Of a stretch of DNA of 64,000 nucleotides, positions 13,601-26,959 are shown piece after piece (the stretch's first letter is position 1; every line of letters starts with the position of its first letter). This DNA comes from Leucoraja erinacea (Eukaryota), in contig NW_026576641.1 in assembly GCF_028641065.1 (NCBI RefSeq), forward strand, positions 186,001 through 250,000, given 5' to 3'. A program made the translations under genes and the position numbers. A model generated the notes under the pieces. The model did not search any database. It had not been told where the DNA came from and worked only from the letters and a program-made list of their open reading frames with translations.

Positions 13601-16600
13601 AACTTTCCATTTCTGTTACAGTGCAGGTAGGTAGGAGTGATTGACAGAGAAAAGAAGAAAAGATCTGCCAGTCCTTATTTCCAGTTTCCTTATTGGTTCT
13701 TAATTGAAGCTTCCCTGCCTCAGAGGGCGGTGGAGGCCGGTTCTCTGGATACATTTAAGAGAGAGCTAGACAGGGCTCTTAAAGATAGCGGAGTCAGAGG
13801 ATATGGGGAGAAGGCAGGAACAGGGAACTGATTGTAGATGATCACATTGAGTGACGGTGCTGGCTCGAAGGGCCGAATGGCCTCGTCCTTCCCCTATTGT
13901 CTATGGTCTATACATCACACACAGACCATTGAGTCCTTCTCCTGTCAATTTTTGCTGCACCAGATAAAACCACCTTACACCCATTCACCTCATTGATCGA
14001 CAATGTTCGTTGCTCCATTGATGTTCGAGTGTTTCTCCAAATCCTCCATCACACATAACCTGTGCTTCAACTACATCTGTGGTGGGAGGTTCCACATTCT
14101 CATTGCTGAATTTCTCAAGGAATATGTTGAAGACCAACTTATTTTTCATTAAAATTATAGTCCAACACCCTCAGGAACGAGCAAACCTATTGGCCAAAGG
14201 GAATGCTGAAGTTACGAGCATGCTGGAATCAAGTCAAAGTCAATAGAGTTTATTGTATTGGAGCAGGGAGGTTCTACTGCAGTTGTACAGGGTCTTGGTG
14301 AGACCACACCTGGAGTATTGCGCACAGTTTTGGTCTCCAAATCTGAGGAAAGACATTCTTGCCATAGAGGGAGTGCAGAGACGGTTCACCAGACTGATTC
14401 CTGGGATGTCAGGACTTTCATATGAAGAAAGACTGGATAGACTCGGCTTGTACGCGCTATAATTTAGGAGATTGAGGGGGGATCTTATAGAAACGTACAA
14501 AATTCTTAAGGGGTTGGACAGGCTAGATGCAGGAAGATTGTTCCCGATGTTGGGGAAGTCCAGGACAAGGGGTCACAGTTAAGGATAAAGGGGAAATCCT
14601 TTGGGACTGAGATGAGAAAAACATTTTTTACACAGAGATTGGTGAATCTCTGGAACTCTCTGCCACAGAAGGTAGTTGAGGCCACAGTTCATTGGCTATA
14701 TTTATGAGGGAGTTAGATGTGGTCCTTGTGGCTAAAGGGATCAGGGGGTATGGAGAGAAGGTAGGTACAGGATACTGAGTTGGATGATCAGCAATGATCA
14801 TATTGAATGGCGGTGCAGGCTCGAAGGGCCGAATGGCCTACTCCTGCACCTAATTTCTATGTTTCCCCGCTCCCTCCTGGCCAAATTCATCGCGTCTAAA
14901 ATTACACTCCAATAATCACAGACATCTTATCCGGCTAAAATGCATAACCACAGCCTGGTCTGATGTCTATCCCATCAGAATGGTCTAATTCTAATCATCA
15001 TTTTAATATTTTCTCCCTTTTTGCTCTGTGTGCAATGGATCTGTTTTGCCCTGTGAATCAGAGGGAGTGAGAGGTGTTAAACGGGATTGTTTAACACCTT
15101 GTAATAAATTGGGTAAACTTCCTGTTGTTAGTGTTAATAGTAAGATTAAACGAGAACTTACCAGTTTGAAGGTTGATCTGTATTTTATGAGGAGTTACGA
15201 TGAGGGATTACGTGAAGAACCCCGCTAGGACGCATGCGTGTCATTCTTCAAAGCAGCGGTGTGAAATCACAGATAACTGTAATGACTAAACATAGTAAGA
15301 TTAGAGAAAAGATACCAGTTAAGTATATGATCAGGGTGGGAGCGGAGGGCACGTAATCCCTCATCGTAACTCCTCATAAAATACAGATCAAACTTCAAAC
15401 TGGTAAGTTCTCGTTTAATCTTACTATTTTACTTCGGAGTCATGTGAGTGACTACGTGAAGATTTTAAAGCTCTGTGATTTCATGCCGTGGAAACGAGTC
15501 CATGCATCACGTCTGCCTTGACTGTGGGAGGAGTAGTGTTAACATAATTTGGACATGATTCGTCATTGAAATCATAAAATTTATTAACACAAATTATAAC
15601 CCCTTTTATGGGTTTAATTAATTTACAGAACTTAACATTTTTTCTGCAAATGTTCCAGATTTCATCACTGGTTTATTGTAAAATAACTGCAAAGTTCTTT
15701 CCCCTGACCATCCTGCTGCTTCGAGGACTTGGTCCATGGGCACATCCAGTTGTACTGCTGCCGATGTAGCTGCAGCCCTGGTGGAATGAGATTTTAAAAC
15801 GTTAGTATCCACCCCAGCCTGTGTCAGCAGCTGTTTCAGCCATCTCGAGATGGTCTGGACCATCACTCTTTTGTGAGGTTGCTTATGGCTGATCAGCAGT
15901 CCCTTCGCATTGCCTCTTAGGATTTTTGTTTTCTCTATTAATAATGACAGGTGTCTAACTATACATAGACGGTCATCTGAAGGATATGACCTGAATTGTA
16001 TATTGAGGCCTGCTGATCCCTGTCTGTTCTGCTTTACCAGTTTGTAGATGTGGAACGTAATATCGTCCGGTGAGGAGGTCATGTTGTCCAGTCTGAGTTT
16101 ATGCAGTGAGTGAACCCTCTGTGCCGTGACCAGTGCCATTAACATGACTGTTTTCAAAGTTAGTCTGTGTAGGGACACAGTTGATGCTGGAGACCAGTTC
16201 CTGAGCGTTTTCAGGACAATGCTTACATCCCAAATTTGGGAGTACCTGGTTTTTGGGGGATTATTAAATATTCTCCTCGTGAGCTTTGTTACCAGAGGGT
16301 GAGTCCCTACAGTGTAACGCTCTGTCCCTTGCCATAGGTAAGTCGACAGGGCACTTCTGGCGCTGTTGATGGCACTGTAGCTGAGCCCCTCATCAAAGTG
16401 GAGGCCTGCCAGATATTCCAGAACAGGATGTTGTTCTTATGACAGTACATTTCCCACTTCCTGATGTAGACCAGATATTGTTTATTAGTTGATTGTCTTT
16501 GGGCCGCCAAGATAGAAACATAGAAACATAGAAATTAGGTGCAGGAGTAGGCCATTCGGCCCTTCGAGCCTGCACCGTCATTCAATATGATCATGGCTGA

Positions 16601-19600
16601 TCATCCAACTCAGTATCCCGTACCTGCCTTCTCTCCATACCACCTGATCCCCTTAGCCACAAGGGCCACATCTAACTCCCTCTTAAATATAGCCAATGAA
16701 CTGTGGCCTCAACTACCCTCTGTGGCAGAGAGTTCCAGAGATTCACCACTTTCTGTATGAAAAAAGTTCTTCTCATCTCGGTTTTAAAGGATTTCCCCCT
16801 TATCCTTAGGCTGTGACCCCTTGTCCTGGACTTCCCTAACATCGGGAACAATCTTTCTGCATCTAGCCTGTCCAACCCCTTAAGAATTTTGTAAGTTTCT
16901 ATAAGATCCCCTCTCAATCTCCTAAATTCTAGAGAGTATAAACCAAGTCTATCCAGTCTTTCTTCATAAAACAGTCCTGACATCCCAGAGATCATGTTCG
17001 CTGTTCGGTCCGTTAGTCCCAGTTGTAGAAGTGGTGTTTTTAAACTCTACAAGTTAACAGGTTCAAGCTTTTATGGCATGGATGGCTATCCCCTGTCACG
17101 GATGTAGTAATAAGTCTGGTCTATGTGGGATGGTAATACATGGTTCTAATACCATGTTTTGCACCACTGGAAACCATGGTTGTGTAGGCCAATCAGGTAC
17201 TACCAAAATACCAGACGCAGAGTCTTGTTGTATTTTCCTTAATACCCGACTGATGAGGCAGAAAGGAGGGAATGCATAGATAAACAATTTCCCCCAATGC
17301 AGCGAGAATGCATCTGTTGCTGCTGCCCCAGGATCTGGTTCCCATGAAACATAGTTAGGTATCTGGTTGTTTAGTCTGGATGTGAATAGATCGATATCTG
17401 GTGTACCATATTTTGCTGTAATATCAGCAAATACCATTTTGTTCAACATCCATTCAGTGTTTTCATTAAATTTGCGTGACCTGGTGTCTGCCAGTAAATT
17501 TAGTCTCACTGGTAGGTAAGTGGCTGATATCCAAATATCTTTCTGGATGTACCATTGCCAAATTGAATTAGCAAGATTGTCACATGATATCGATTTGTAA
17601 CCACCCATGTAGTTGATGTATGCTACCACGGTGGTATTGTCTATTTGTAGTCTAACATGCTGGTGATATGACCCAGTACAATATGACTTTAGGCCAAGGA
17701 ATGCACCCAACATTTCCAAGTAGTTTATGCCCAGTGTGAGTAAGAAAGATGCATCTTGTGCTGTCCATCTACCTCCACAGCTGGTGATGGTATTGGTGGC
17801 TCCCCACCCAAGTGCACTGGCATCGGTTTGTAGTACCATAGAAGGGTTACTGACAATGATTGGGTTGGAACAAAGCCAGATGTTGTCTATCCACCATTTT
17901 AGTTCCGTTTTGGCTTAGATTGGTAGTTTCATAGGTCTATCAAAGTGACCTGTATTGATTTTTAGAGCTTGTATTTTTGTTCTCTGTAAGTTTTGGTAAT
18001 GTAGAGGTCCAAATTGTGTGGCTGGGAAAGCAGCCACCATTTTACCAATTACTTTTGCTACCAATCTGATGGATGGTTTGCTGATGTCAATGAGGTTGTT
18101 GCAAGCCTCTATTATATCTCTAGCCTTTCCCTTAGGTAGTGTCACCGTCATGTGAACTGAGTCAATGGTGAATCCCAAAAAAGTCCATTGTAGTGGACGG
18201 TGTTAGTTTAGATTTAACTGGATGGATAATAAATCCCAGTTTTTCAAATAACTGTTTTGTGGCTGTTACAGTTTGTATGGCCAATTCCAAAGTTATGCCC
18301 ACTATGAGTATGTCATCTAAATATGCCATAGCCATGTGATTACGTTTCCGTAGGAACGCTAGGGCTGGTTTTAAGATTTTCGTGAACAGCCTGGGGGCTG
18401 ATGATAGCCCATTTGGCAGTGCTTTATATTGTCAGAGTTGTCCCATCCAGTTGAATTTTAAGTAACATCTGTGGTCACCTTTTATGGGTACTGAATAGTA
18501 AGCATCTTTTAAATCGATGCTGGCCATGTAGTACCCTTTGGAAGTTAATTGTTTAGCAGTAACAAAGGTTTCCATTTTAAAGTGAAGATATTGTACAAAT
18601 GTATTTAATTTTGTCAGATCTATGATGATGCGACAACCACCATCTTTTTTGGTTTTGGTAAAAATATTGGACACGAATTCTAATGGTTCATGTTGGGTTA
18701 TCTCAATTACACCTTTTATGTAAAGCCGCTCCAGTTCAGCTTGTGCCTCTGATTTTTGTTTATCAGAGAGTACGGACACTCGGTTCAGTCTATGTTGAAC
18801 TGGAGGGCTGTATTTGTGTATAAACTCTATTGTATATCCCTGGATACTGTTTAAGATGTAAGTATCGGTTGTTAGCATGCTCCATGCATTCAAAAACCAG
18901 TGTAGTCTCCCCTCAACACCCATGCTGTCCATATTTTTTAGGGAACCAGACCCACCTACCTCCATTGTTACCAGTGGCAGGTTTACTTTTTCTTGTAGTT
19001 CTTCCGCTGTTGTTGTGCTGGTGCCTGGTTTCCCGGGTTGGTTAATGTTGGCGTTGGGGTTCCCCGCTTCTTCCAAGAAGGCCGGCCTGGGCCATGGCCT
19101 AAAAAAGACTCATGTTTGTAAAACCGTGCCTTCGAGCTTTCACCAGTTCTGCTGGTGGGTGCGTAGGGGTGCTGTCTTTGGCTGTAGTGGGTTTTTGTTG
19201 GTGTTCCTTTTATTAATCCCAAGGTTTTGGCTTCCTCATCGAGCTCTTTTACCTGCTTCGATAGGTTGCCACCGAACAAGACAATTGATGGTTTCGTGGC
19301 CCCAGGTTTGCACAGTCCCGCAAATTTTGGGTTCAGTGTGGGTTGTATGGCACTTTTCCTGATGTTATTTATTTCGTGCTGGGTGTTACAGAATAGTGCC
19401 AGCGCATCTTGTTGGTCCTGGGACATATTTCTGTCGTCCACTGTACGGGCAAATGCTGTTATCCCTGCGGTCAGTAATTTTATCACTTTTTGTAATTTCA
19501 CATCCATGCTCCTGACCCCTGTTCCAATGTGTTTCCATATACAGTTGTTGATAATTGGGACGTTTAGGGAAATGCAATTGCCCAGTGCCATATGTCTTCC

Positions 19601-22600
19601 TGTGGTGTCTAGTACAGCCTGCTCTTGTAACTGGTTTAGTGACATGTAGTCAATACTGGCAGCAAGCTTTGGCTCCAGATTTTTCCCAGTCTGTTCCAGC
19701 TGTATAAAATTGGCCACCATGTCCAGCAAGTTCTCTTTTTCTCGCACCCCATGCAGACTCATCTGTTCTTCTGCGGACCCCTCTTCCAGGTCAGCCCAGA
19801 ACTGACCCGCAGTGCTCCCCTCCGGTGAGGTGGAAACACTATGCAGCCCTTGAAAAGGTGCTGCTGTGGGTTTATCATAGGGCCCACAGTGACCCGACTC
19901 CATCTCCCGGAGTCTGTCACGTTGGAGAAAATGCTCCACACACCGCTCCATCCAGCTCCAGCGCTCTCGGTCGCTGGCCGCCCGCGGTGGTTCAAAGTCG
20001 GACTCCTCCGAGTTCACGACCTTGTTGGATTTGTATTTTGCGTTGCCGCCCGGCCGCGTGGATTAGGCCGGTGTGGCGGCATCAGGTACAGCTGATCCCG
20101 CTACGGGTGATCCAAGTGTCGTTGGCTGCTGCCGCTGGCTGCCCGCTACTCCGCGGTCCTCCCTCACCAGCTTTGTCGCAGCCCTTGTCTTCTTTGCTTT
20201 CTCCATTTCCCTGCCTGTAGTTGGGAAAGGAAACAAAAAAGACCGCAGAGTAAACCCTTACCTGCAATTAGCGGCTTTTAAACTGCCGCCGCGGAGGAAC
20301 GTCCTTCCACCGTGTCTGACGTTTCGCAATGCGTGTAGCGATATGACACGCATGCGTCCTGGCGGGGTTCTTCACGTAGTCACTCACGTGACTACGAAGT
20401 AAAATCCTGGCCAAATTGGAGAGGCTAGGACCCTAAAATTGAGTAAAAGCTTCTGGACTGCTAGGCCATTTGGTCAATTTAAATGTGCTTTCTGTAGAAA
20501 TGGGACAAGCTGCAGAATGGTGCCAGTTTGTCTAGAGCCTAGATCCGAGCTGCGGGAAAGGAATGGGAACACCTGCAGACCCTGACAATTAGGTGAAAAT
20601 GCATAGAATGTATTGGTTGAATGTAAACCAGGCATACACATTGTAAATAATGTTGCAAAGCTTTACTTTGCTGGATGATGATTGGATTAAGTATTGTGCC
20701 TTGTCTGGTTTTCTTGCATATCAGAGCACAATAGTCAATAGGTGCAGGAGTAGGCCATTCGGCCCTACGAGCCAGCACTGCCATTCAATGTGATCATGGC
20801 TGATCATCCACAATCAGCACCCCGTTCCTGCCTTCTCCCCATATCCCCTGACTCCGCTATTTTTAAGAGCCTTATCTAGCTCTCTCTTGAAAGTATCCAG
20901 AGAACCGCCCTCTGAGGCAGAGAATTCCACAGACTCACAACTCTCTGTGTGAAAAAGTGTTCCCTTGTCTCCGTTCTAAATGTTGCGATGTTCGTTTCGT
21001 TTGAGAAACACTGTTTGAATACAATGTATTAGCTACTGTATTATTGGGTTGGAAAAATGTCTGTCATGTATGTGGTTAATCGATATATGTAATTGGATTG
21101 TAATTGTTCGGCCCCTCGAGGTCCGGGGACCTATAAAAGTAGCTACCACGAGGTCCTGTGTCGATCTTCTGGGAGAGCGCTTCGGACTGCGTGACCTTCT
21201 GGAGTGTCTCTGTTTGTGCAAGGCCTAGAGAGCTTGAACAGGCAGGATTTGAGTATAGGAGCAGGGAGGTTCTACTGCAGTTGTACAGGGTCTTGGTGAG
21301 ACCACACCTGGAGTATTGCGTACAGTTTTGTTCTCCTAATCTGAGGAAAGACATTCTTGCCATAGAGGGAGTACAGAGAAGGCTCACCAGACTGATTCCT
21401 GTGACTTTCATATGAAGAAAACTGGATAGACTCGGTTTGTACTCGCTAAAATTTAGAAGATTGAGGGGGGATCTTATAGAAACTTACAAACTTCTTAAGG
21501 GGTTGGACAGGCTAGATGCAGGAAGATTGTTCCCGATGTTGGGAAAGTCCAGAACAAGGGGTCACAGTTTAAGGATAAGGGTGAAGTCTTTTAGGACCGA
21601 GATGAGAAATCATTTTTTACACAGAGAGTGGTGAATCTGTGGAATTCTCTGCCACTAAAGGTAGTTGAGGCCACAGTTCATTGGCTATATTTAAGAGGGA
21701 GTTAGATGTGGCCCTTGTGGCTTAAGGGATCAGGGAGTATGGAGAGAAGGCAGGTACAGGATACTGAGTTGGATGATCAGCCACGATCATATTGAATGGC
21801 GGTGCAGGCTCGAAGGGGCGAATGGCCCACTCCTGCACCTATTGTCTATGTTTCTATGCATGGATCGAACCCGCGCTGGTTAGGTATAATAGTGGAACTG
21901 TAATTGTGTTCTGTCAAAATAAAGTCTAGATGCGCTAGTGCTTGAATCAGTGATTTTTGACTGAAACTAGACTGGGGGGGGGAAACTTAGAATGCGCTAT
22001 TTACATGAGGATGTGGATGATCCGTTAATTCCGATTTGTGTTTTATTTATTTCAGGAGGAAGCTGACTGTAAGAGGAGGTAAGACTTGCTATTCACTGAC
22101 CCTCTGCATAGACCGGTAACATATTGCCGAGGAATAACCAATGCCCAGTTTGTAATCAGCTATTTAATATTTGCAGGGTTAGAGATGATGACTGGCCATT
22201 GTCAGTGAGAGATGATTCCATACCGTTTGAGAATTTCAACCATCTCTTTCTGTTGAAGACAGTTTTGAAGGAAACCTTTGACTCCATTAAGCAAGGTAAA
22301 GCATGTAGATTACTTCCTGTTTGTTAGGTAATTCTATTTTGGTTTCGCCCACTGGGTCCGCGCCGACCAGCGATCCCCGCACATTAACACTATCCTACAC
22401 CCACTAGGGACAATTTCATTTTACATTTACCAAGCCAATTAACCTACACACCTGCACGTCTTTGGAGTGTGGGAAGAAACCAAAGATCTCGGAAACAAAC
22501 CGAAGGTAGGCAAAAATGCTGGAGAAACTCAGCGGGTGAGGCAGCATCTATGGAGTGAAGGAAATAGGCGACGTGTTGGGTTGAGGCCCTTCTTCAGTTT

Positions 22601-25600
22601 GAACGGGATCCAACTGCAGGCCACACCTTCCCATCTCCACCCCTTTCTGCTTTCTGCAGAGACCGTTCCCTCCGTAACTCCCTGGTGAAATTGTCCCTTC
22701 CCACCCAAACCACCCCCACCCTGGTACTTCCCCCTTGCAACCGCAGGAGATACGACACCTGTCCCATTACCTCCCCCCCCGCGATTCCATCCACGGACCC
22801 AAACAGTCTTTCCAGGTGAGGCAGAGGTTCACCTGCACCTCCTCCAACCTCATCTACTGTATCCGCTGCTCCAGGTGTCAACTTGTCTACATTGGTGAGA
22901 CCAAGCGCAGGCTCGGCGATCATTTCGCTGAACACCTCCGCTCAGTCTGTCTTAACCGACCTGATCTCCCAGTGGCTCAGCACTTCAACTCCCCCTCCCA
23001 TTCCCAATCTGACCTTTCTTTCCTGGGCCTCCTCCACTGTCAGAGTGAGGCCCAGCACAAATTAGAGGAGCAGCACCTCATATTTCACTTGGGCAGTTTA
23101 CACCCCAGCGGTATGACCATTGACTTCTCCAATTTCAGGTAGTCCATTGCTTCCTCTTTCCTTCCCCTCCCCTTCCCAGCTCTCCCACAGCCCACTCTCT
23201 CTGCTTCTTCCTTTCTTCTTCCTGCCCCCGCCCTCCCGACATCAGTCTGAGGAAGGGTCTCGACCTGAAGCCTATTCCTTCGCTCCACAGATGCTGCCTC
23301 ACCCGTTGAGTTTCTCCAGCTATTTTTTTGTCTGCCTTCGATTTTTCCATCATCTGCAGTTCTTTCTTAAACATCAGACATGAATTACCTCCTTCTTCCA
23401 ATAGGTGTCCCCCTCTCTCCATTGTTCATCTCTTGTTTTCAGATTCAGATTCAGATTCAATTTTAATTGTCATTGTCAGTGTACAGTACAGAGACAACGA
23501 AATGCATTTAGCATTTTCAATGTATGTTTAATACGCCTTCAAATTGTCTTCAATCCTACTGGCCAAGCATCCTTGTAGGCCAGCAAGAGGACAATGTGGA
23601 GAGTGGATCAAATACATTTGAAACTACGCACATGTCGGGGCAGTTTCATGAACACAATGGGGTTGATGTGCTAAAAGCTACTGATTTCAATACAGTGAGC
23701 GCTAAATGGAAATATTATCCCGATTAATAAATGGACCTTAATAAAAAGAGCAAAGAGGTCCTTCTGCAGTTGTACAGAGCCCTAGTGAGACCACACCTGG
23801 AGTATTGTGTGCAGTTTTGGTCCCCTAATTTGAGGAAGGACATTTTTGCTATTGAGGGAGTGCAGCGTAAGTTCACCAGGTTAATTCCTGGGATGGAGGG
23901 ACTGTCATATACTGAGAGAATGGAGCAGCTGGGCTTGTACACTCTGGAGTTTAGAAGGATGAGAGGGGATTTTATTGAAACATATAAGATTATTAAGGGT
24001 TTGGACACGCTAGAGGCAGGAAACATGTTCCCGATATTGGGGAAGTCCAGAACTTGGGGCCATTAAGAATAAGGGCTAAGCCATTTTGAATGGAGTTGAG
24101 GAAACACTTTTTCACTCATGTAGTTGTGAGTCTGTGGAATTCTCAGTCTCAGAGGGCGGTGGAGGCCGGTTCTCTGGATGCTTTCAAGCGAGCTAGTTAG
24201 GGCTCTTAAAAATTGCGTAGTCAGGGGTTTATGGGGAGAAGGCAGGAACGGGGTACTGATCGGGGATGATCAGCCATGATCGCTTTGAATGGCCGTGCTG
24301 GCTGGAAGGGCCGAATGGCCTACTCCTGCATTTATTGTCTATAGCCTATTGATCTGTGATGTTGAAGGCATTACAAAGACGTGGTTGATAGAGGTGAAGG
24401 ACAGATAGCTGAATGAACCAGGATCCAGGTGTTTACGATGTGATTAAGCGGGATGGTAAAGATGTGGTGGAACTGTGCTGCTGAATACTGGTGATAGAAA
24501 ATGTCACACCTGCACTGAGGGAGGTTCTGCTGGAAGCTGCAACTGGAGAGGCAATATGGGTATTAATACAGGTTCAAACACCGAGCTAATGTGTAGGAAG
24601 GAACTGCAGATGCTGCTTTAAACCGAAGATTGACACAACATGCTGGAGCAACTGGTTACTAATTAAGAATCTGTCAATCTCGGCCCTAAAAATATCCATT
24701 GATTTGGCCTCCACCTGTTTTTGTGGCAATTAATTCATCAGATTCGCTACCATGTGACTATAGAAATTCCTCTTCATCTACTTTTGAAAAGTTTGTCCTT
24801 TTCTCCCAAACCTGCGGGCTCTAAACCCAGACTTTCCCACTGGGTAAACATTCACCCCACATCCATACTATCCCAATGCTGGTTGCATGTTGGTGGAGTT
24901 GCATGCGTTCTTGATGCCAATTTGTAGTAAACGCAGTCCATCATCCACATCGGGGATTCTCCACCCTTTTCTCCCGCAATCCCTAAACTGCTCCTGCTTG
25001 TCTTCCTGTCCCAGCGATCCTCCCCACTCCAGGCCTCTTCACCCTACCCGCCTAACTCGGCTGCGTTTCCTCCTCGCTCTCCCCATCTTCTTCTCTCACC
25101 ACAGCACAAGTGCAACTCCACAACGTTGAGAAAGGTTTCCCATGTCCACTGACCACGCCTGGGGTGTAACGCCGGGAAATCTCTCGTTGCCCACCTGTGC
25201 CTGATGCCGAGCCGGTCGCCCCCGGTCGCGGGGCCGCGCTGATGCCGCGAGTCTCCCCCCCGACCTCCGGGGACTCTCTGATTCTCTGCTTCTCCCCCCA
25301 GTCTCCGTCACCCTGGATGAAAAAACGGCCCATCCGCAGCTCGACGTGTCTGCGGATCGGAAGAGCGTGAAATGGATCGGGTGCTGGCGAAAATCCTATG
25401 ACAGCGGGAAGAGATTTATGCAAAAACTGTGCATCGTGGGATCGGAGGGATTCACATCAGGGAGATATTACTGGGAGGTGGAGTTTGGGGATAATCGTGG
25501 GTGTAGTCTGGGTGTCGCCGCAGAGTCTGTAGACAAGAATGGTGTGGGCGATCTGACCCCGGAGGCTGGAGTTTGGAGCATCCAGCGGCAGGATGACAAG

Positions 25601-25834
25601 TTTGTTGCACTCACCTCCTCTCCATCCCCTCTCCCCGCCCGTCCCATCCCCGGGAGGGTGGGAGTTTATCTCAGTTACGAGTCCGGGACAGTTTCATTTT
25701 ACGACGCGGACACCAAGTCCCATCTCCACACCTTCACTGGGAATAAATTCACGGAGAAACTTTATCCTTACTTCGGGACTTGGCATGTAAACCAATGGCT
25801 GAGAATCGGCTCCGGTTCCGCTCCGGGTGTGTAA
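10233..25834 (+). CDS. TRIM-B: RING/B-box/coiled-coil/B30.2 E3 ligase (TRIM39/nuclear factor 7/A33-like), 471 aa. Exons 10233-10643, 10733-10828, 12384-12617, 22056-22078, 22177-22295, 25302-25834
   Basis: All introns GT-AG; exon sizes 411/96/234/23/119/533 follow the typical C-IV TRIM pattern; total 1416 nt, open frame; AATAAA at about 25976 and 26054. Confidence 0.9.
10733..10828 (+). CDS. TRIM-B exon 2 (96 nt, coiled coil)
   Basis: CAG|GAT...CGG|GTAAGG; [32 protein letters not shown]. Confidence 0.88.
10990..11435 (-). mobile_element. Rex1/Babar-type LINE 3' fragment
   Basis: [33 protein letters not shown]. Confidence 0.7.
12384..12617 (+). CDS. TRIM-B exon 3 (234 nt, coiled coil)
   Basis: CAG|GAA...AAG|GTGAGG; [31 protein letters not shown]. 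Confidence 0.9.
12738..13240 (+). mobile_element. Penelope-like 3' fragment
   Basis: [15 protein letters not shown] followed by the terminal repeat. Confidence 0.75.
14258..14865 (+). mobile_element. CR1 LINE 3' fragment
   Basis: [15 protein letters not shown]...LGLY followed by the CR1 3' tail. Confidence 0.85.
15618..16510 (-). pseudogene. DIRS tyrosine recombinase ORF (frameshifted, interrupted upstream by CR1)
   Basis: [31 protein letters not shown] motifs. Confidence 0.85.
16513..16990 (-). mobile_element. CR1 LINE 3' fragment nested in DIRS
   Basis: [28 protein letters not shown] and (TTTCTATG)n tail. Confidence 0.85.
17096..19076 (-). pseudogene. DIRS RT / RNase H / methyltransferase-like ORF with stops
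   Basis: ORF pieces 18432-19076, 17915-18178 and 17096-17839 carry RT and RNase H motifs. Confidence 0.88.
20981..22005 (+). mobile_element. Solo-LTR-like element (TGT...ACA) interrupted by a CR1 fragment (21241-21858)
   Basis: TG/CA ends, TATA-like CTATAAAAG at about 21131, AATAAA at about 21918; no clear TSD. Confidence 0.45.
22056..22078 (+). CDS. TRIM-B exon 4 (23-nt microexon)
   Basis: TTTCAG|GAGGAAGCTGACTGTAAGAGGAG|GTAAGA. Confidence 0.85.
22177..22295 (+). CDS. TRIM-B exon 5 (119 nt linker)
   Basis: TTGCAG|G...CAAG|GTAAAG; phases 2 and 1 match the neighbouring exons. Confidence 0.85.
22610..23372 (+). mobile_element. Penelope-like 3' fragment (GIY-YIG)
   Basis: [22 protein letters not shown]. 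Confidence 0.85.
23735..24350 (+). mobile_element. CR1 LINE 3' fragment
   Basis: [15 protein letters not shown]... Confidence 0.85.
25302..25834 (+). CDS. TRIM-B exon 6: B30.2/PRY-SPRY
   Basis: [48 protein letters not shown]; ends in TAA. Confidence 0.92.
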
Positions 25835-26959
25835 AAGGGTCGGGTCCCGGGACCGGCGTCAGGAGCGGGGCTCAGGGGCTGTGGGGCAGAAACCCGGTGG
25901 ACAACAGGTCGGCGCTGAACGAACGGCTCCCATTTAATCCCAAAATTCCGCAACGTTTCAACGCCTGAGCGCGGAAATAAAACCAGGGGGAATGTAAATG
26001 TGGAAAGAGTGAAAACAAATAAGAATTGTATTGTTCTGTTTTGGGCTTATGACAATAAAACACTTTTGACTCTCGGATCGCCTTTAAAACTTCTTAGATA
26101 TAGATATGCCATTTATTGTCACTATACATGTACAGTGAAAGTGAAAGCTGCTCGTACTCAGTGCATACATACAATTTAGCACAAAAAACAAGAAACAGAA
26201 AAAACAAAAAACAGAAGGGAGATGGGGGGGGGGAATAGGTGCACAAATTCTGCGGCGCTACATACATATATACATATATACAGATGGAAGTCCGTGTTGG
26301 GCGGTGTAGTCAGTGCATGTGTGAATTAGAATTAATAGTAGTTATAATTCTCGGAAAGCAACTATTCCTGAGTGTGAGTTTCTTCCTCTGAGTGTGATGA
26401 TTTTCACTAACTTCACTATCTGTATCGTATCAGCCAAAGCAGATCACCCCATCAGTATCATTCGTTGAAAAAAAAAACAAGGCCAGCCGATTCCAATCCA
26501 TCTCCAATCGGGCAAGATCTTGGTACACCTCCTCTGCGGTCTTTCTAACCCAGCACATCCCACCTCCGATATTGGGATGGTGGGCCAAGATTGAAAAAAA
26601 AATAACAAGGCCAATTACAGCCGATTTCAATCCATCTCCAATCGGCACTCATCTTGGTTCACCATATGCCTCCTCTGAACCTGCGGTCTTTCTCTGCGTA
26701 AAGAAGTTCCCCCTCATATTACCCCTAACTTCCCCTTAGCAAGTCATCTCAATCTTCCGATATTGGCTTGTCCACATCAACTGTCGATCCCTCTCATCAT
26801 TTTAAGATCTATCAAGTCCCCCCTAGCTCTGCGTGAACCTAACTTCATGGTAACTTAGCCCCCATTCTAGTAAATCTCCATCTCTACTGCTGTTGACACC
26901 TTTCTATAGGGCCAGGGATTTGGTCTCAAACTTGTACAGCACATCCCAGAATGGGGAAT

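Larger units (their letters stand above)
15136..20405 (-). mobile_element. DIRS1-type tyrosine-recombinase retrotransposon, near full length but degenerate, in TRIM-B intron 3
   Basis: Gag-like ORF (18983-20017); RT ([24 protein letters not shown] at about 18310-18325); RNase H plus methyltransferase-like region ([24 protein letters not shown]); YR (HSTR..ATS, AAGWS, FY). Inverted terminal repeats at about 15209-15244 and 20343-20378; internal complementary region at about 15351-15461; AAT at both ends. Confidence 0.93.

Noticed and set aside
26430-26950. Short local duplication (AACAAGGCCA...CCAATC)
   Set aside because: Degenerate CR1-type 3' end in apparently error-rich sequence; no functional signal
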